The translations under genes and the position numbers were made by a program. A stretch of DNA of 64,000 nt from Octopus vulgaris (lineage: Eukaryota), in the NCBI GenBank assembly GCA_951406725.2, contig OX597822.1:44454001-44518000 (forward strand), written 5' to 3'. Position 1 is the stretch's first letter. Every line of letters begins with the position of its first letter. The notes under the pieces were generated by a model, which was not told where the DNA came from, did no database searches, and was given only the letters and a program-made list of their open reading frames with translations. Shown here piece by piece: positions 1 to 14,324 of the stretch.

Positions 1-873
1 TCGTGATTTGGGGCGATGCGCTTCTCGATCGATTCCTGCTGGAGGATGATGCCTCGCCACCGTTTCAATAATCCCTTCTACTCTCGGCACAAGGCCTGAA
101 ATTTGTGGTGAGTGGAATTGTTGATTACGTGGATCCCGATGTTTCACTGGTAATAATTCTATAGAAACCGAACTGTCGAAAGGGAAAGTCAACTTCGGCG
201 GAATTATAAATTCAGAACGCGAAAACGGCCGAAATGCCCATATATATATATATATATATACATATATGTACAAACGTGTTTGTGAATCTGCGTTCATCCT
301 TCATCCCACCATGGCTTTGACAATCGATATTGGCGTATTTACGTTCTCGTTACTTAGCGGTTCGGCAAAACATTCTGATAGAATAAGTCCTGGGATCAAT
401 TTGCTCGACTAGTGGCGGTGCTCCAGAATGGAAAAAGTAAACTTGAACAAGTATATATATATATCTATATATATATGCACACACATACACATGCGCAACA
501 CAGACGCACATTCAAACTTCATAGAAAAAACCTGGCACATGGTTTATTACACGCACAGAGTAACATACGAATAAATGTAATCAGCACAGCTTGTCTATCT
601 GAGCTTTAGGTATGAACTACATCAAGGAAATAACATGGAATCCGTCTTTCAGTATGAAAAAAGAAATGCGACAAATCAAGCTCGCCATGTTATATCCTCA
701 CGTGATCCTCAGGCGAGACTCTCGATATTTCTCTTCATTAATAATGTAATCTGTTCTTTTTTTTTTAATCCTATTTTGCATTTATATTTGTATTTTCATT
801 TCATTTTATTATCTCTTTCTCTCTCTTCGACAAGTTGGTAGCGAGGAAATTACATTCTCGTACATAATTTCTG

Positions 874-914
<41 letters not shown>

Positions 915-1067
915 TTATAAATATAACATCTATCTATATATATTGTACCTGTATAAATATATATATATATATATACATACATGTAAATGAACGATCACAT
1001 AATTATATGTGAATATATATATATATATATTGAGAGACAGAGAGAGCGAAAGACGTATATACATTTT

Positions 1068-1118
<51 letters not shown>

Positions 1119-1627
1119 ATATTTATTTATGTATGTATGTATGTGTTCGGGTCTATAGTGTGTATTCAAAATTAGATATTAGAGATACGTTTGTAAGTTT
1201 TTTTCTTGTACAAAGTAAAAAGGAAGAGAGAATGACAAAAAAGGGTGAAATTATTTGTAGCAAAGTGGAACAAAAAGATAGGGAATATGGAGATATTTAA
1301 GAACTGAAACATATCCTTATACGCAGTGTGTGTGTGTTTGAGTGTATGCTTGTGTGTATACATGTGTGTGTGAGTTCATATAAGCATACACACACACACA
1401 CTCACGCATGGAAACACATTTATATGCTGTATTCAGTTCTTGCCCTCACGTCTAACCCTTTCACATGGTTGGCATATGTGTGTGAGTGTGTGTATGTGTG
1501 TGTTTGGTGTAACATTGATGTAGATATAAAGAGAAATATATATTTATATACACACGACCGCACACGCCCACACACACACAAACGAATGTATCTATGTATG
1601 TCTGCATTTATATATTGCATATAATCT

Positions 1628-1672
<45 letters not shown>

Positions 1673-1876
1673 ATAGTGGTGTATGTATGTATGTATGCAT
1701 GTGTGTGTGTATATATGTATAAATGTATAGTCACACATATGTGATGACTAAGATGAAAGGTGTTAAGATGCTTGAATACGCAAAAATAACTTCATACACA
1801 TTTAGAAAATACGTTTTTACATATAAGCATATACATATACACACACATATATACATACATATATATGTATATATTT

Positions 1877-1935
<59 letters not shown>

Positions 1936-2427
1936 TATAAGTGTGTGTGTGTGTATAGATAGACATATTATACAAATATATATTATGTATTATATATCAC
2001 ATATACATATATACGCAAATATGAATGCATATATGTATATATATATGTGTGTGTATATATAGTTATATATATATATATATACATATTAAATGTGTGTGTA
2101 TATAGTTATAGACACACATCTTCATATACATGTGTGTATAGGTGCATATATGTACATGTGTGTGTGTATGTGTGTGTTTGTATATATGTATATACGTACG
2201 TATGTATAGACGTGAATGATCAGGAAAATCGTAAAGGATACTATGCCACCAGCGCGATTAGTGTCGACAGTATTAATTTGTTTTATTTTAACTTCAGCTT
2301 TCCCAGCTTTGATTACAGATTTCTATTAACATACTCCTAATTACTTCTACAATATGTGACGTTCACACTTTACCACCTTTAATCACAATTACTATCGGTA
2401 CTAACGAGTGCGCATATATATATATAC

Positions 2428-2500
<73 letters not shown>

Positions 2501-2510
2501 CGTATATATG

Positions 2511-2541
<31 letters not shown>

Positions 2542-2792
2542 ATATATATATGATGTATTGGAATTGGTCGCTGGTGTCTTTTGCTGCCAGCTTTGCTAAG
2601 AATTTTCTTATTAGTGATAAGAAAATAGTTGTGTTTTTAAGGTTATACACCGTGACGCAAGTGCGGTAAACAGAAATGTAAGATTGAAATGAAGCACTTT
2701 CTGACACCTAAAATACATATATACATACATACCTAAATAGATACATACATATATACATACATTCATGCATACATACATATAACATATACATA

Positions 2793-3092
2793 GGCGCAGG
2801 TGAGGCTGTGTTGTAAGAAACTTGCTTCCCAATCACATGGTTCCCGGTTCAGTCCCACTGCGTGGCACGTTGGGCAAATGTCGTCTACTATAGCCTTGGC
2901 CCGAACAAGGCCATTGTGAATGGATCTTGTAGACGGAAACTGAAGGAAACCCGTCATGTATAAATACACACACACATATATATATTTCTATATACATGTA
3001 TGTATGTATGTATGTATGTATGTATGTATTATGTATATGTGTGTATGTGTGCGTTTGTCCCCTTCCACCGCTTGACAACTGATATTGGTGTG
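2793..3092 (+). mobile_element. SINE family 1 (tRNA-derived head), 3' truncated by the HHR element
   Basis: It has A/B-box-like ggctgtgttgtaag...ggttcagtccc and is homologous to the full copies. Confidence 0.85.
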
Positions 3093-3149
3093 GCCTTGCT
3101 GACATCTCGTCAGACTCTAAAGCCAGGGAATTACATTTATCTTCAGCTT

Positions 3150-3213
3150 TAGAGTCTGACGAGACTTCCACAAGTCTAAAACATTTGTGGATGCGAATCC
3201 ATTGGTCATTCTA
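3150..3213 (+). ncRNA. Type I hammerhead ribozyme motif, degenerate at G12
   Basis: tagagt-CTGACGA-gactt(ccac)aagtc-TAAAAC-[tggat GCGA atcca hairpin]-GTC^attcta. Stem I is tagagt/attcta, stem II has 5 bp, and the cleavage triplet is GUC. GAAA is mutated to TAAAA. An inverted copy of its 5' part lies upstream (3105-3123 vs 3146-3164). Confidence 0.7.
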
Positions 3214-3397
3214 TGACCAGACATTCTCTCCCTACGTCTATACGACATCATATAAGATGGGTTGTCATGTGTGTTTTATCTTGATGACCTATAAACCTGA
3301 TACCCAGATTCGCTTTCAGGGATGATAAATATCGTGCCATCCTTGCTCGAATTTCTTCACCCTTACTCTCGCCATCTCTTTCTGTCTCTGTCTGTCT

Positions 3398-3438
<41 letters not shown>

Positions 3439-3739
3439 CTCTCTGTCCCACCGTCTCTCTGTTTATCGGTCTGATACATCCTGGATTTTCCGCTGTTGTA
3501 GGGTTGCGGTGAGAATTGCACAATAATGGTGTGTACACTGGAACAATTCGACTCAAAGCTAAGTACCTAAAGTATGTTATATTCTACCAATCGGAGCTCA
3601 TTTACGAGAGAAAGAGATGAGTCCACGAGTCCTAATGACTAGAACATTTCACTACGCGTCCATAAGTTACTGGTTATGTTGCGTATGATTCTGTGTCAGA
3701 GAGTGAGAGAGGGCGAGAGATAAAGAGTGTATGTATGTA

Positions 3740-3878
<139 letters not shown>

Positions 3879-4573
3879 AGCAGCTAGATATTAGAAAAAA
3901 AGTCACAGAACCGAATCTCAAACTGCGTGAATAATTAAAACAAGAAAAATACACAAAAATATGCAACCGAAAAGCCGACAAATGAAATCATAATACAAAT
4001 AGCGAATTAGCAAATGATTCGATGGAAAACATAAAACAAACCACCATAAAAAATAACGGAACTACATCGGAAACAATGCAACAAAAACAACAGCCACAGA
4101 GGTGCCAAAAGAGAAAAAACCATAAGACAAAAGCAACCTAGGAAAATATATGGCAATGCAAACACTGAAAACGATAACCGCTCACACGAATGTTTATAAA
4201 ACGGACTTGAAAAGAAGGTAAAATGGTTCTGACGATCGCTGTTGTGTGAAACTTTAGTCGCGAGAAGAAATTCGATTTCAATATATTATATTTGTACGTG
4301 TGCGTGTATTTCTGTGTGTGAGTGTGTTGTTGTTGTGTGTATGTGTTGGTGAGTTGTCTGTGGGTGTGTATGTGTACAGTGAGAGAGGAGAGGGAAACTG
4401 AGAGAGAACCATAAATACATACACGCATACATAAAGTATGCTTGCATATTTACACACACACACATATATGTATGTATGTGTGTGCATGCATATATATATA
4501 TCCATGTATGCATACACACATATAACTGTATATTCATAGAACTTTGCATACATATGTATGAACATATACACAT

Positions 4574-4613
<40 letters not shown>

Positions 4614-4703
4614 ATAGCCACATATATACACATGAACATATATACGCACACACATTCTTTCTCTCCCTTACACACGGAAACGTACATACATGTATACATA
4701 CAT

Positions 4704-4738
<35 letters not shown>

Positions 4739-4773
4739 CATACACACACATATACATATACATATATATATAT

Positions 4774-4822
<49 letters not shown>

Positions 4823-5352
4823 CCGTATTACATATATGTATGTAAGAATTTTCATGTCTACATGTATATGTGGGTATAAGCTTATATTTTATGACTCTGT
4901 CTATCTCAGTACATGCTGGCACATTCACAGATAATTGGTCGAGATCTAAGGAAACAATGTTGCCCTCCAGTATAGAGAGTTCTTCTAAAGATATCTCCAA
5001 TACAATCTTTTGCCGTAAATTCATAATATATTTACTACCTATATATATTTCTTATTTATCGAGTTTCTCTGTCTAGAACGAGCTATGTCGTATGTGAACA
5101 CTGCTATCATGGGAAATGAATAGTTCAATGAAAGTATTGTAGCGTAGCCTACTTTTTGGTTTTCTTTTCTTATTATTTGTGATTTTTAACGTTACATATA
5201 GCAACGCATGTGCCCGCATCTTACGTGGGTGTCGAGATTGTAATTTTATTATTTATATTATTTGTGATATTGCTAATACAATTAATAATGTTTGTGGATG
5301 TATTTCTTCAGTTTCGTCACTTTTCTATGTTTCTTTTTTAAAATTGATGTAT

Positions 5353-5413
<61 letters not shown>

Positions 5414-5887
5414 CAGATAGATAGATAGAGAGAGAGAGAGAAAGGGAGTGAGAATGAAAATGAGAGGGTGAAATATTCGCTAGCACAAACCAACTATATA
5501 GCAGTTTATATGCATCTGGATGCAGTTAACCCATGAAATAACACAATAGCTTTCTGTGCAAACTGATATACGAATGCACGGATATTGGGTTGGTCTTTGT
5601 CTATATGTGTATACGTGTGTGTACTTATATGTGTATATACATATACATACATACATACATACATATGTACATTTAGCCTTATATGTATATGCGTTTACAT
5701 TCACACTTATATATGAGCATATATATATCTACACACACACAAACACACACACACATGCACACGTATATATATATATATATATATATATATAACGGGAAGG
5801 TTTACGAAAATAAACAAAAGACGAAGGCAGGTGGAGTACAAGCAAACAATGTATTAGTATGGCGCTCAGGAATAGAAATAAAACAAG

Positions 5888-5925
5888 TCTTTTACGTTTC
5901 GAGCCTCCGCTCTTCGACAGAAAGA
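5888..5925 (-). ncRNA. Minimal type I HHR-like motif, family A (CUGUNGA-A core)
   Basis: Minus strand reads tcttt-CTGTCGA-A-gagc(ggag)gctc-GAAAC-GTA^aaaga. Stem III is the palindrome ACGT. It lies within a ~200-bp element (about 5791-5990) that ends at (TA)n. Confidence 0.65.
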
Positions 5926-6185
5926 TACACAGAAAAGAAACAAGGAGAGAAAAAATTGCGTGTAGGAGTTAACGATCCAATGCTTGCTTGGATTTACTTT
6001 CTCTTCTGAAAGAAATATGTTGTTGATAGTGACATCGAAGTTTTGGCCAGTTAAGCCTCCGTCGGACAACTTAACTGATCGAAACTTCGCAGTCACTGTC
6101 AACGACATTCTTTTTGGAGAAGAATATTTTTGTACTCTAAAAAAGTATAGATTAGCCCATCAGATGAATGTGAATTTTTTTCTTA

Positions 6186-6262
<77 letters not shown>

Positions 6263-6350
6263 GTATACGTATGCATTCATATCTGTGTATATATATGTAT
6301 GTGTGTGTGTGTTTATGTATGAGCGAGTGTGAGTTATTGAATGTTATCAA

Positions 6351-6757
6351 GGTGCAGGAGTGGCTGTGTGGTAAGTAGTTTGCCTACTAACCGCATGGTT
6401 CTATGTTCAGTCCCACTTCGTGGCACATTGGGCAGGTGTCTTCTACTATAGCCTCGGGTCGACAAAAGGATTGTGAGTGGATTTGATAGACGGAAACTGA
6501 AAGAAGCCCGTCGTATATATAAGTGTGTGTGTGTGTGATTGTGTGTCTGTGTTTGTCCCCCCCCCACCATCGCTTCAAAACCGATGCTGGTATGTTTACG
6601 TCCCCGTAACTTAGCGATTCCGCAAAAGAGACCGATAGAATAAGTATGAGACTTACAAAGAATAAGTCCTGGGTCGATTTGTCCGACTAAAAGGCGTTGC
6701 TCCAGCATGGCCGCAGTCAAATGACTGAAACAAGTAAAAGAATAAAAGAATAAAGAA
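6351..6757 (+). mobile_element. SINE family 1, full length
   Basis: tRNA-like head, internal (TA)/(TG) microsatellite, and tail gctccagcatggccgcagtcaaatgactgaaacaagtaaaagaataaaaga. Confidence 0.9.
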
Positions 6758-7169
6758 TATATATACACTCGTGTATATATATATATATATATATATATAT
6801 GAATATATAAATAAATACATGTCTGAGTGTGTGTGTATGTGCGTGTACATGCTTGTCTCCTTGTGTGTATGTGAGTGAGTGTGCATATGTATCGAGATAG
6901 CAAGGGAGAGATATGTAGTTGGGTATTTTGTTGTGACTTTGTGTGCTTTTAAATAAAGTAATGAAAACGTTGCTCTGACAGACTCTTTCATGTATTTTCC
7001 GCTCTTAAATGAAGATTTCTTCTTAATAAACTACGATGTGCGTATATTACATATAAGGATTATCATATTAATATAAGATAAAGAGAGAGAGAGAGAGGAA
7101 GAGTAAGAAGATACAGAGGAAGAAAAGTTAGGGAGGGAAGTGAAAGGAAAGAGATAGATGAAGTGGGTA

Positions 7170-7241
<72 letters not shown>

Positions 7242-7744
7242 GGCGTAGGGATAGATTGGTGTTGTGCACAATTGATTCAATTGTACCCAGTAAACGTTAT
7301 ATTTGTTATCGACCCTGCTTAGAAATAAAGCAAAGCAGACGCCACTTGAGTTCGTAGTTCGATTGCAAATGAATAAAACGAAACTCTGTTTGGCCTTCAG
7401 TCTGCTAACTCTATCAATTCTAGAGATAATAGACAATGATCATTTTGTTAAATTGATTTACTCCTTATCAAACTGTTCTCCTGCTTACCTGCATTACTTT
7501 TGCTTTGCTGATGTTATGTTATATTCAATCAACATCAAAGTTGTAAAATGTCTTACAGTCAGCCAAACCTGCACAAGCCTCAACTATCAACAGTCAATGC
7601 ATCTACAAGAAATGTATTATTAAACAGTCGTTATTAGTGACAGAAGCAGTATCAGTTTTGCGTAGTACCCTCTATATCGTTCTTAACTTAGATACAATGT
7701 AGAAAGCCTTAAAACCGTGAGTATTCTTCTCGAGAAAGCATCTC

Positions 7745-7828
<84 letters not shown>

Positions 7829-7843
7829 AATATATAACCGCTT

Positions 7844-7968
7844 CAGGACTTATTCTTTGTAAGCCTAGTACTTATTTAATCGGTCTCTGTTGCCGAAGCG
7901 CTAGGTTATGGGGACGTAAACACACCAGCATGTAAACACACCAAGCAATGTTGGGTGGAAAAACACAG

Positions 7969-8012
<44 letters not shown>

Positions 8013-8165
8013 CTTTCGGTTTCCGTCTACCAAATCCACTCACAAGGATTTAGTCGGCCCGAGGCTATAGTAGAAGGCACTTGCTCATGGTGCCACGCAG
8101 GGGGATTGAACACTGAGCCACGTCGTTGGCAAGCAAGCTACTTACCAGACAGCCACTCCTGCGCC
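7844..8165 (-). mobile_element. SINE family 1
   Basis: Reverse-complement homology to the full copies. Confidence 0.85.
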
Positions 8166-8359
8166 TATATATATATATATATATATATATTAATATATAT
8201 ATTAAGTATATAATTATATAAATATGATTAATTCAGAACGCTGGAAAAATGCCGATAAAAATTTTAATGTTTCCACCACAAATTTGACCCAGACTACGTC
8301 TAACTTCATAGTACCACCTGATAGATTCTGTTAAGCCATTCTAAAGTTGACTTTTGTGG

Positions 8360-8700
8360 TATCATGGCCCATTCATGGCCCATTCAAATAGTGGGCTGTT
8401 GAGTAACATGTATCCTGGTACTGGGGATTTGTTTGGTATCTCTAGAAGAAATCGATTCAGATATCGTTTAAAAGTAGTCAAATCTCTTTCTTCAAGTGGA
8501 GTAAAACTTGTTGGGGAAAAGTTATTGTGTTGCAGTATATTGAACCATAGTGAGCGTAAAGTACGAAAGGAACTTTGAGCGAATTTTGAATTTAATGTTA
8601 TGGTTTTTTGGGCAGCGATTACACAGTATTGGAGATAAGACAGTTCCAATATTTTAAGACGGAGACGGTGACTAATTAAAATCTCTGAAGGTCCCCTGGC
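8360..8700 (-). mobile_element. LINE (CR1/L2-like) ORF2 C-terminal fragment
   Basis: ORF 8362-8649 ends ...DLTTFKRYLNRFLLEIPNKSPVPGYMLLNS, typical of the FK..LD.FL..IPD.P..PGY end of CR1/L2-group ORF2. Confidence 0.6.
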
Positions 8701-8840
8701 GCGTACTTCAGCAACAAAAAAGAATAGAAAGGAAAAAAATAGAATTGGTGTTATATTACAACAACATACAATATGCTAAAGCAGAAGAACTTAACAACAG
8801 AATATGATTTGCTATGAGTCTCGCATCTCGTATTTGTCAC

Positions 8841-8900
8841 TTGTATCATCTGATGACCTTACAAATTCGAAAGAAACGCAGCTGTTCTTTCGTGATACAA
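8841..8900 (+). ncRNA. HHR-like motif, degenerate
   Basis: ttgtatcat-CTGATGA-...-GAAA...-gtgatacaa. The 9-bp stem I and canonical core are present, but stem II and stem III pair poorly. Confidence 0.4.
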
Positions 8901-9163
8901 ATGGCTGCGTCACGTCAATTTGACAGAAAGTTTTTGTCCTCACACAATCCGTATTTAAAGATATTTTAGCAAAATTACAATTTACAAAAACAAAAGCATT
9001 GTTTATAGGTTGTTTAGTTTACGGTTCATTTGTTTTGTTTTGTTTTGTTCTTCGTTTCAATTGTCTTCATAAATAATTGGATTTATGTGCGGCTACTTAG
9101 CTGTGGTTCTTCAAGACAGTACCAAAATTAGCTACTGGAGCTTAATAGACTATCCATCATGAT

Positions 9164-9196
<33 letters not shown>

Positions 9197-10355
9197 CACC
9201 ATCCCCCACCACAATCACCACCAACACCACCGTCGTCTTCATCATTTTTAGCATCCCTCCTCCTTCTCCTCCTCTTAATCTGCCACTTGCTTCATATTTC
9301 GTTTTCTTTGCTGATTGGCAAAATGCTTTGGAAAAACTGTCCTCTTGTCATTTTTGTTTTGACTTTTTAGAATTTGAATTCAAACCCATAACTAAGGTCA
9401 ACTGTATTTTTAAACTATGTTCAAACGAAACATACAGTTATAGGTAATATCCATTTGCAGCTTCAAATGCGAATGTTCGCTCTACCTCACACATTTCTAT
9501 TTTATTCTGGTCCTTCCCTTATTCATGACAAATCAGAATACATTATAATCCTCGATTGGAGAATTCCCCTCGCTTTTACATCTCTCTGGTTTTTTCCTCT
9601 CTGATGATAGAGTACTCAGCCTATGGAATCTTCACTCATTGTAATGATCCATGCGCTTGACTGTTCTAGAACCAGCTGTAAGTGACTCTGTATATATGTA
9701 TTCTATATCTGTATTCTTTAGCTAAATCAAATACTTTTTTCAAATTATGCCAAACGGTTTGCCGTTTCATTTTTACTTTAATCTATGTGTGTCTGTGTGT
9801 TTGTGTCAGCATGCATATATGTATGTGTATATATATATATATATGAACGTATGTATATGTATGTGTGTATGTGATGTGTGTGCGTGTGTATGTATATATG
9901 TATGCATGTATGCATGTATGTAAGTGTGTATGAATCGGTGAATGCGTGAATCTCGCAACGTTTATTTCTTATCGTTACTTGCATAAAACCCACACCGTTG
10001 CATTTTCAAGCAGACTCCTGGACAGTTTGAAATGGGCTATTACGTAATTTAGAAAGCATTTCAAGAATGAAAGAAAAAATAAGGGCTTCAACTTATTTTA
10101 TCTGCTACATATACTTCAGTGTTCGGTACCACACGGTATCACAACATATATGCAGTCCGTAAAATGTATCGCATATGAGTAGCTTAGATAAGGAAACATT
10201 TCTTGAGCCTGATAAACGAGAACTACAAGTCTCAGACATGCAGTAACCAAATTTAGATAGCCGAGAAGCACATGTTGGGCAAAGTGGTGGCGATAGGGTG
10301 GGATCATGCCCTCCACAACCACAAATAGTATAACTATATATAGATATATGTAATC

Positions 10356-10804
10356 TTATTCTTTTACTCTTTCATTTGTTTCAGTCATTTCACTGCGGCC
10401 ATGCTGGGGCACCGCATTTGGTCGAACAAATCATCTGTAGAACTAATCCTTTGTAAACCGTGTACTTATTCTATCGGTGTCTTTTGCCGAACCGTTAATT
10501 TACGGGGACGTAAAAACACAAACATCGGTTGACAAGCGATGGTGGGAGGACAAACACAGTCACACAAACACACACATATATATATACATATATATATATA
10601 TACATACATATATATATAGGCATATAGATAAATAGATAGATAGATATCTACGACGGGCTTCTTTCAGTTTCCGTCTTCCAAATCCACTCGCAAGTCTTTG
10701 GTTGACTCGAGGCTATAGTAGAAGACCCTTGTCCAAGTTTCCCCGAAGTGGGACTGAACCCGGACCCATGTGGTTGGGAAGCAAAACTCTCACCACACAG
10801 CCAC
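10356..10804 (-). mobile_element. SINE family 1, full length
   Basis: Reverse-complement homology, with head and tail present. Confidence 0.88.
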
Positions 10805-10822
10805 TAATATATCTATTTAGGC

Positions 10823-11030
10823 AAGGCGGCGAGCAGGCTGAATTATTAGAAAGCTAGCTAAAATGCTTAGCGGCATTTCGTCCGTCTTTATGAAATTACG
10901 CTGAGGTAGACTTTGCTGTATCTTTTTTTTTTCTGGATCGATAAAATGATTTACCAATGAAATACTGGAGTCGATGTAATTAACTCCCTCCCTTTCCCGA
11001 ACCTGCTTGCCTTGTGCCCAAGTTTGCGAA
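10823..11030 (+). mobile_element. SINE family 2
   Basis: aaggcggcgagcaggctgaa...aaatgcttagcggcatttcgtccgtc. Further copies lie at about 80-240 (-), 19730-19860 (-), 26445-26650 (-), 27055-27240 (+), 31155-31260 (-), 56525-56710 (-) and 61055-61250 (+). Confidence 0.75.
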
Positions 11031-11456
11031 CAATATACTTATTCGGGTGTATTTAAACGCAAAACACGTACATTCTAATATAATATACTAAATCTATATT
11101 TATCTAGTTTTAAATAGTATCCGTTTTTTTTTTTATCTTTTCAGATTATTGGTGCAGCCTGAACGAAAATATTGTTAAAACCTCAAAATACTGAACAGAT
11201 CTTAAACTTCAACTGAATTACACAAATTATTGGAACTCATATATATATTTAGACATAAATACATGTGTATATCTGTTAAAATATACCTATATGTATATGC
11301 ACAGAGATATGTTTTATGACATTGATGTTTATAATTACGGATGGATACGCATGAGTATATGGACGAATAAAACGTTTTCCTGGTAAGTAAAGCCTACTTC
11401 ATCACTTATTTAAGAATTGTGTATAATGATTCAACAGATACTTATCTATAAATCAA

Positions 11457-11547
<91 letters not shown>

Positions 11548-11609
11548 TCATCATGTATATAATAGATATAAATGCGTCTATGTCTCTCTCTATATATACA
11601 GGTAGAGTG

Positions 11610-11648
11610 TGATGCTGTGTGAATAAAGTTGTGAAACAGCTGTGATCA
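11610..11648 (+). ncRNA. Degenerate HHR-like motif
   Basis: tgat-gCTGTGTGA-ataa(ag)ttgt-GAAACAGCTGT-g-atca. Stem III is the palindrome ACAGCTGT. It sits in a ~90-bp insert between TA tracts. The core and cleavage triplet are non-canonical. Confidence 0.35.
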
Positions 11649-11688
11649 GATAGAGTATTATATATCTTCTCTCACACAAGAATTTGTG

Positions 11689-11749
<61 letters not shown>

Positions 11750-12229
11750 GTGAAAATTATGCCCGGTTGCGGGTGCCACTGTCAATAATCTGCACAGTGG
11801 AAACGCGTGTAAGTCGTAATAGGCATAAAAATATGCTGTATGAAATTGTAAAATGAAAGGGAATAAACTTGGTGGATGAACAAGTCTTTATACGCTATAT
11901 CGATATAAATATTGCAAATATACACTCCATATAATACTACCATCCAGAGAAGCGAACACAGAATTACCCATCGAAGGAAATTACAGTGTGAGAAAATGGC
12001 TCATAGTAGTCATAGACGTTAAATACTAATCGATGTGGTTAGCGTTAACATAGAACATGACTGAGAGCCACCACGGTATTCACCTGGTTGTTATATATCC
12101 ATAAAGTCACAGACAAACGTACACACATACTCACACACACACACATATATATATATATATACGCACACATGCATACATACGTATATACACACATGCATAT
12201 ATGTATATATATATATAAACATATATGTT

Positions 12230-12304
<75 letters not shown>

Positions 12305-12469
12305 CATATATGAATGTATGTATGTATTATATTATATATATTATATATAGATAGATAGACAAGGATAAGATCGTTAATTTAAATATCGAATGAACATTTA
12401 ATGTGGTTTTAGAGTCAAGATTTGGCTGCTATTTCCAGCGTGGTCGTATCTGTTTGATACTCTAAATTA

Positions 12470-12509
<40 letters not shown>

Positions 12510-12732
12510 ATTGATAGAAATGGCAAAACAACAAAACAATAAAAGAGAACTCGATATTTATATAAATAGAAGAATTTATCTGTAAATATGTGTGACAATT
12601 ATTTGGTAGCCATGGTAAAACTACCCGTACTCAGCGGTTGTTCTAATAGCTCTTTTGTCTTAATAACGGTCAATCACACAGTAATTTCCCTTTGTTTTAA
12701 CGGTCATTTTCATAGCATTATTTCGATGGCCC

Positions 12733-12791
12733 GATAACTGAAGAGATACCAGACTGGATTTCACCCGACATCCGAAACTCGAAGTCTTATC
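12733..12791 (+). ncRNA. Type I hammerhead ribozyme motif
   Basis: gataa-CTGAAGA-gat...atc(c)-GAAA-ct(cga)ag-TC^ttatc, with a canonical core and GUC triplet. The downstream sequence 12783-12812 has an inverted copy at about 12592-12622. Confidence 0.75.
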
Positions 12792-12939
12792 ATGGCTATC
12801 GAATAATTGTCATATATTATACTTCCAGATATATATATATACTGGCACTCCGTCGGATACGACGACAAGGACTCCAGTTGATCCGATCAACAGAATACCA
12901 AGCTCGTGAAATTAATGCGCCAGTGGCTCAGCACTCCAC

Positions 12940-13270
12940 ATTCAACACGAAGACTTACATCAAGTACCTGGTGGAGGTAATGCTGCGTTGGATCAAGGGG
13001 GTTGCTGATGGAAGACCCTATCTCTGGCAACAGAACTCTGCACCATACCACACAATCAGGAGTACCCAATCATGGCTATAAGACAGTTTCTGCGACCACA
13101 TCTGGTCACCTAGTTCTTCAGATTGCAGTTCCCTAGATTACCATGTGTGGAACGTCGTTGGAGGAGTGATTATTATGGAGCGCAGTTGGGGAAAAGATGA
13201 ACTGAAGGTAAAGATTTTGGCAGCATTCCCCAACTTAACAAGTTGACCGTTCACAGGAGTTGCAACAATG
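12940..13270 (+). mobile_element. Tc1/mariner-superfamily (DD37D/maT-like) transposase fragment
   Basis: YIKYLVEVMLRWIKGVADGRPYLWQQNSAPYHT...QSWL*DSFCDHIWSPSSSDCSSLDYHVW, homologous to the element at 34756. Confidence 0.75.
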
Positions 13271-14243
13271 CAATTCATTATTGTGACTAGCGATGGTCGA
13301 AAGTATTTTTAGTATTATATCTATACTATCATTGCCATATGACCCAGAGTAAGGAAATTATGTGCAGTAAACTCCACGAATAAGCTCTGACATTCTACCT
13401 TCTAAACGGTGAATATGAAAGAGTTATAATATATGTGCGAAACGTTGTCATTTTCGGGTCGCGGCCTCAAAGGTACTTTAATAAAATAATAATTGATTAC
13501 ATCAATATTAAATGGATTTTTTCATGGTTTAAATTTCAAAAAATGATTAAAAGTTTCCAAATCTTACACTCATATTTAATTTTGTATGAAACCAATCTTT
13601 CAAGTAATTTTCAATAAAATAATTTCAATTTTCTTCTTACAAAATATCTATATTTGGTCACATTATTAAATACCAATTTCAGTTTATTTCTTTCAAATTA
13701 CGTTTATCGTGAACGCACGTGTATTCTGTAGCATATGAATTAATAGTTAAATGAATGAAGATATATATGTGTGTGTGTGTGTGTGTATACATATATGTGT
13801 GTGTGTATGTATGTATATAATTATGTAGATTTATTTATTATTAAAGGTAGTGAGAATGAGCACCTACAAGCTAGAAATAGACATCAAATGACTTTAAAGG
13901 CACATCATTCTTTTACCCTCCATGTTGTTCTGAAGTCATTTGATGTCCATTTCTGGCGTATAGGTGCTGTTTCTCACTACCATTAAGTATGAATATATCT
14001 ACATAATTTATATCTATATTAATTCGTACCTATATGGTTTTTATTACATGCTGGCCACTGATAAGATCGTTATTTTTATTTCATCCTTAATCGTGTATAA
14101 ACACACACATGGACGCACGTACACACAAACATATGTATGTATGTATATATACATATATAATATATATACACACAAAAATATATATGTATATGCTTATCTC
14201 TATATACATAGGATATAGATAGATACGAATGTGTATATATGTA

Positions 14244-14324
<81 letters not shown>

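Noticed and set aside
9596-9645. CTGATGA followed by a small hairpin
   Set aside because: It is followed by GGAAT rather than GAAA and has no stem I or III, so it is likely chance.
11144-11382. Possible exon (polypyrimidine-CAG acceptor to GGTAAGT donor)
   Set aside because: It contains stops and TA repeats and cannot be supported without transcripts.
11757-11830. cactgt/acagtg hairpin followed by GAAACGCGT
   Set aside because: It resembles an HHR 3' half, but no CUGANGA-like 5' core or adjacent stem I can be placed.
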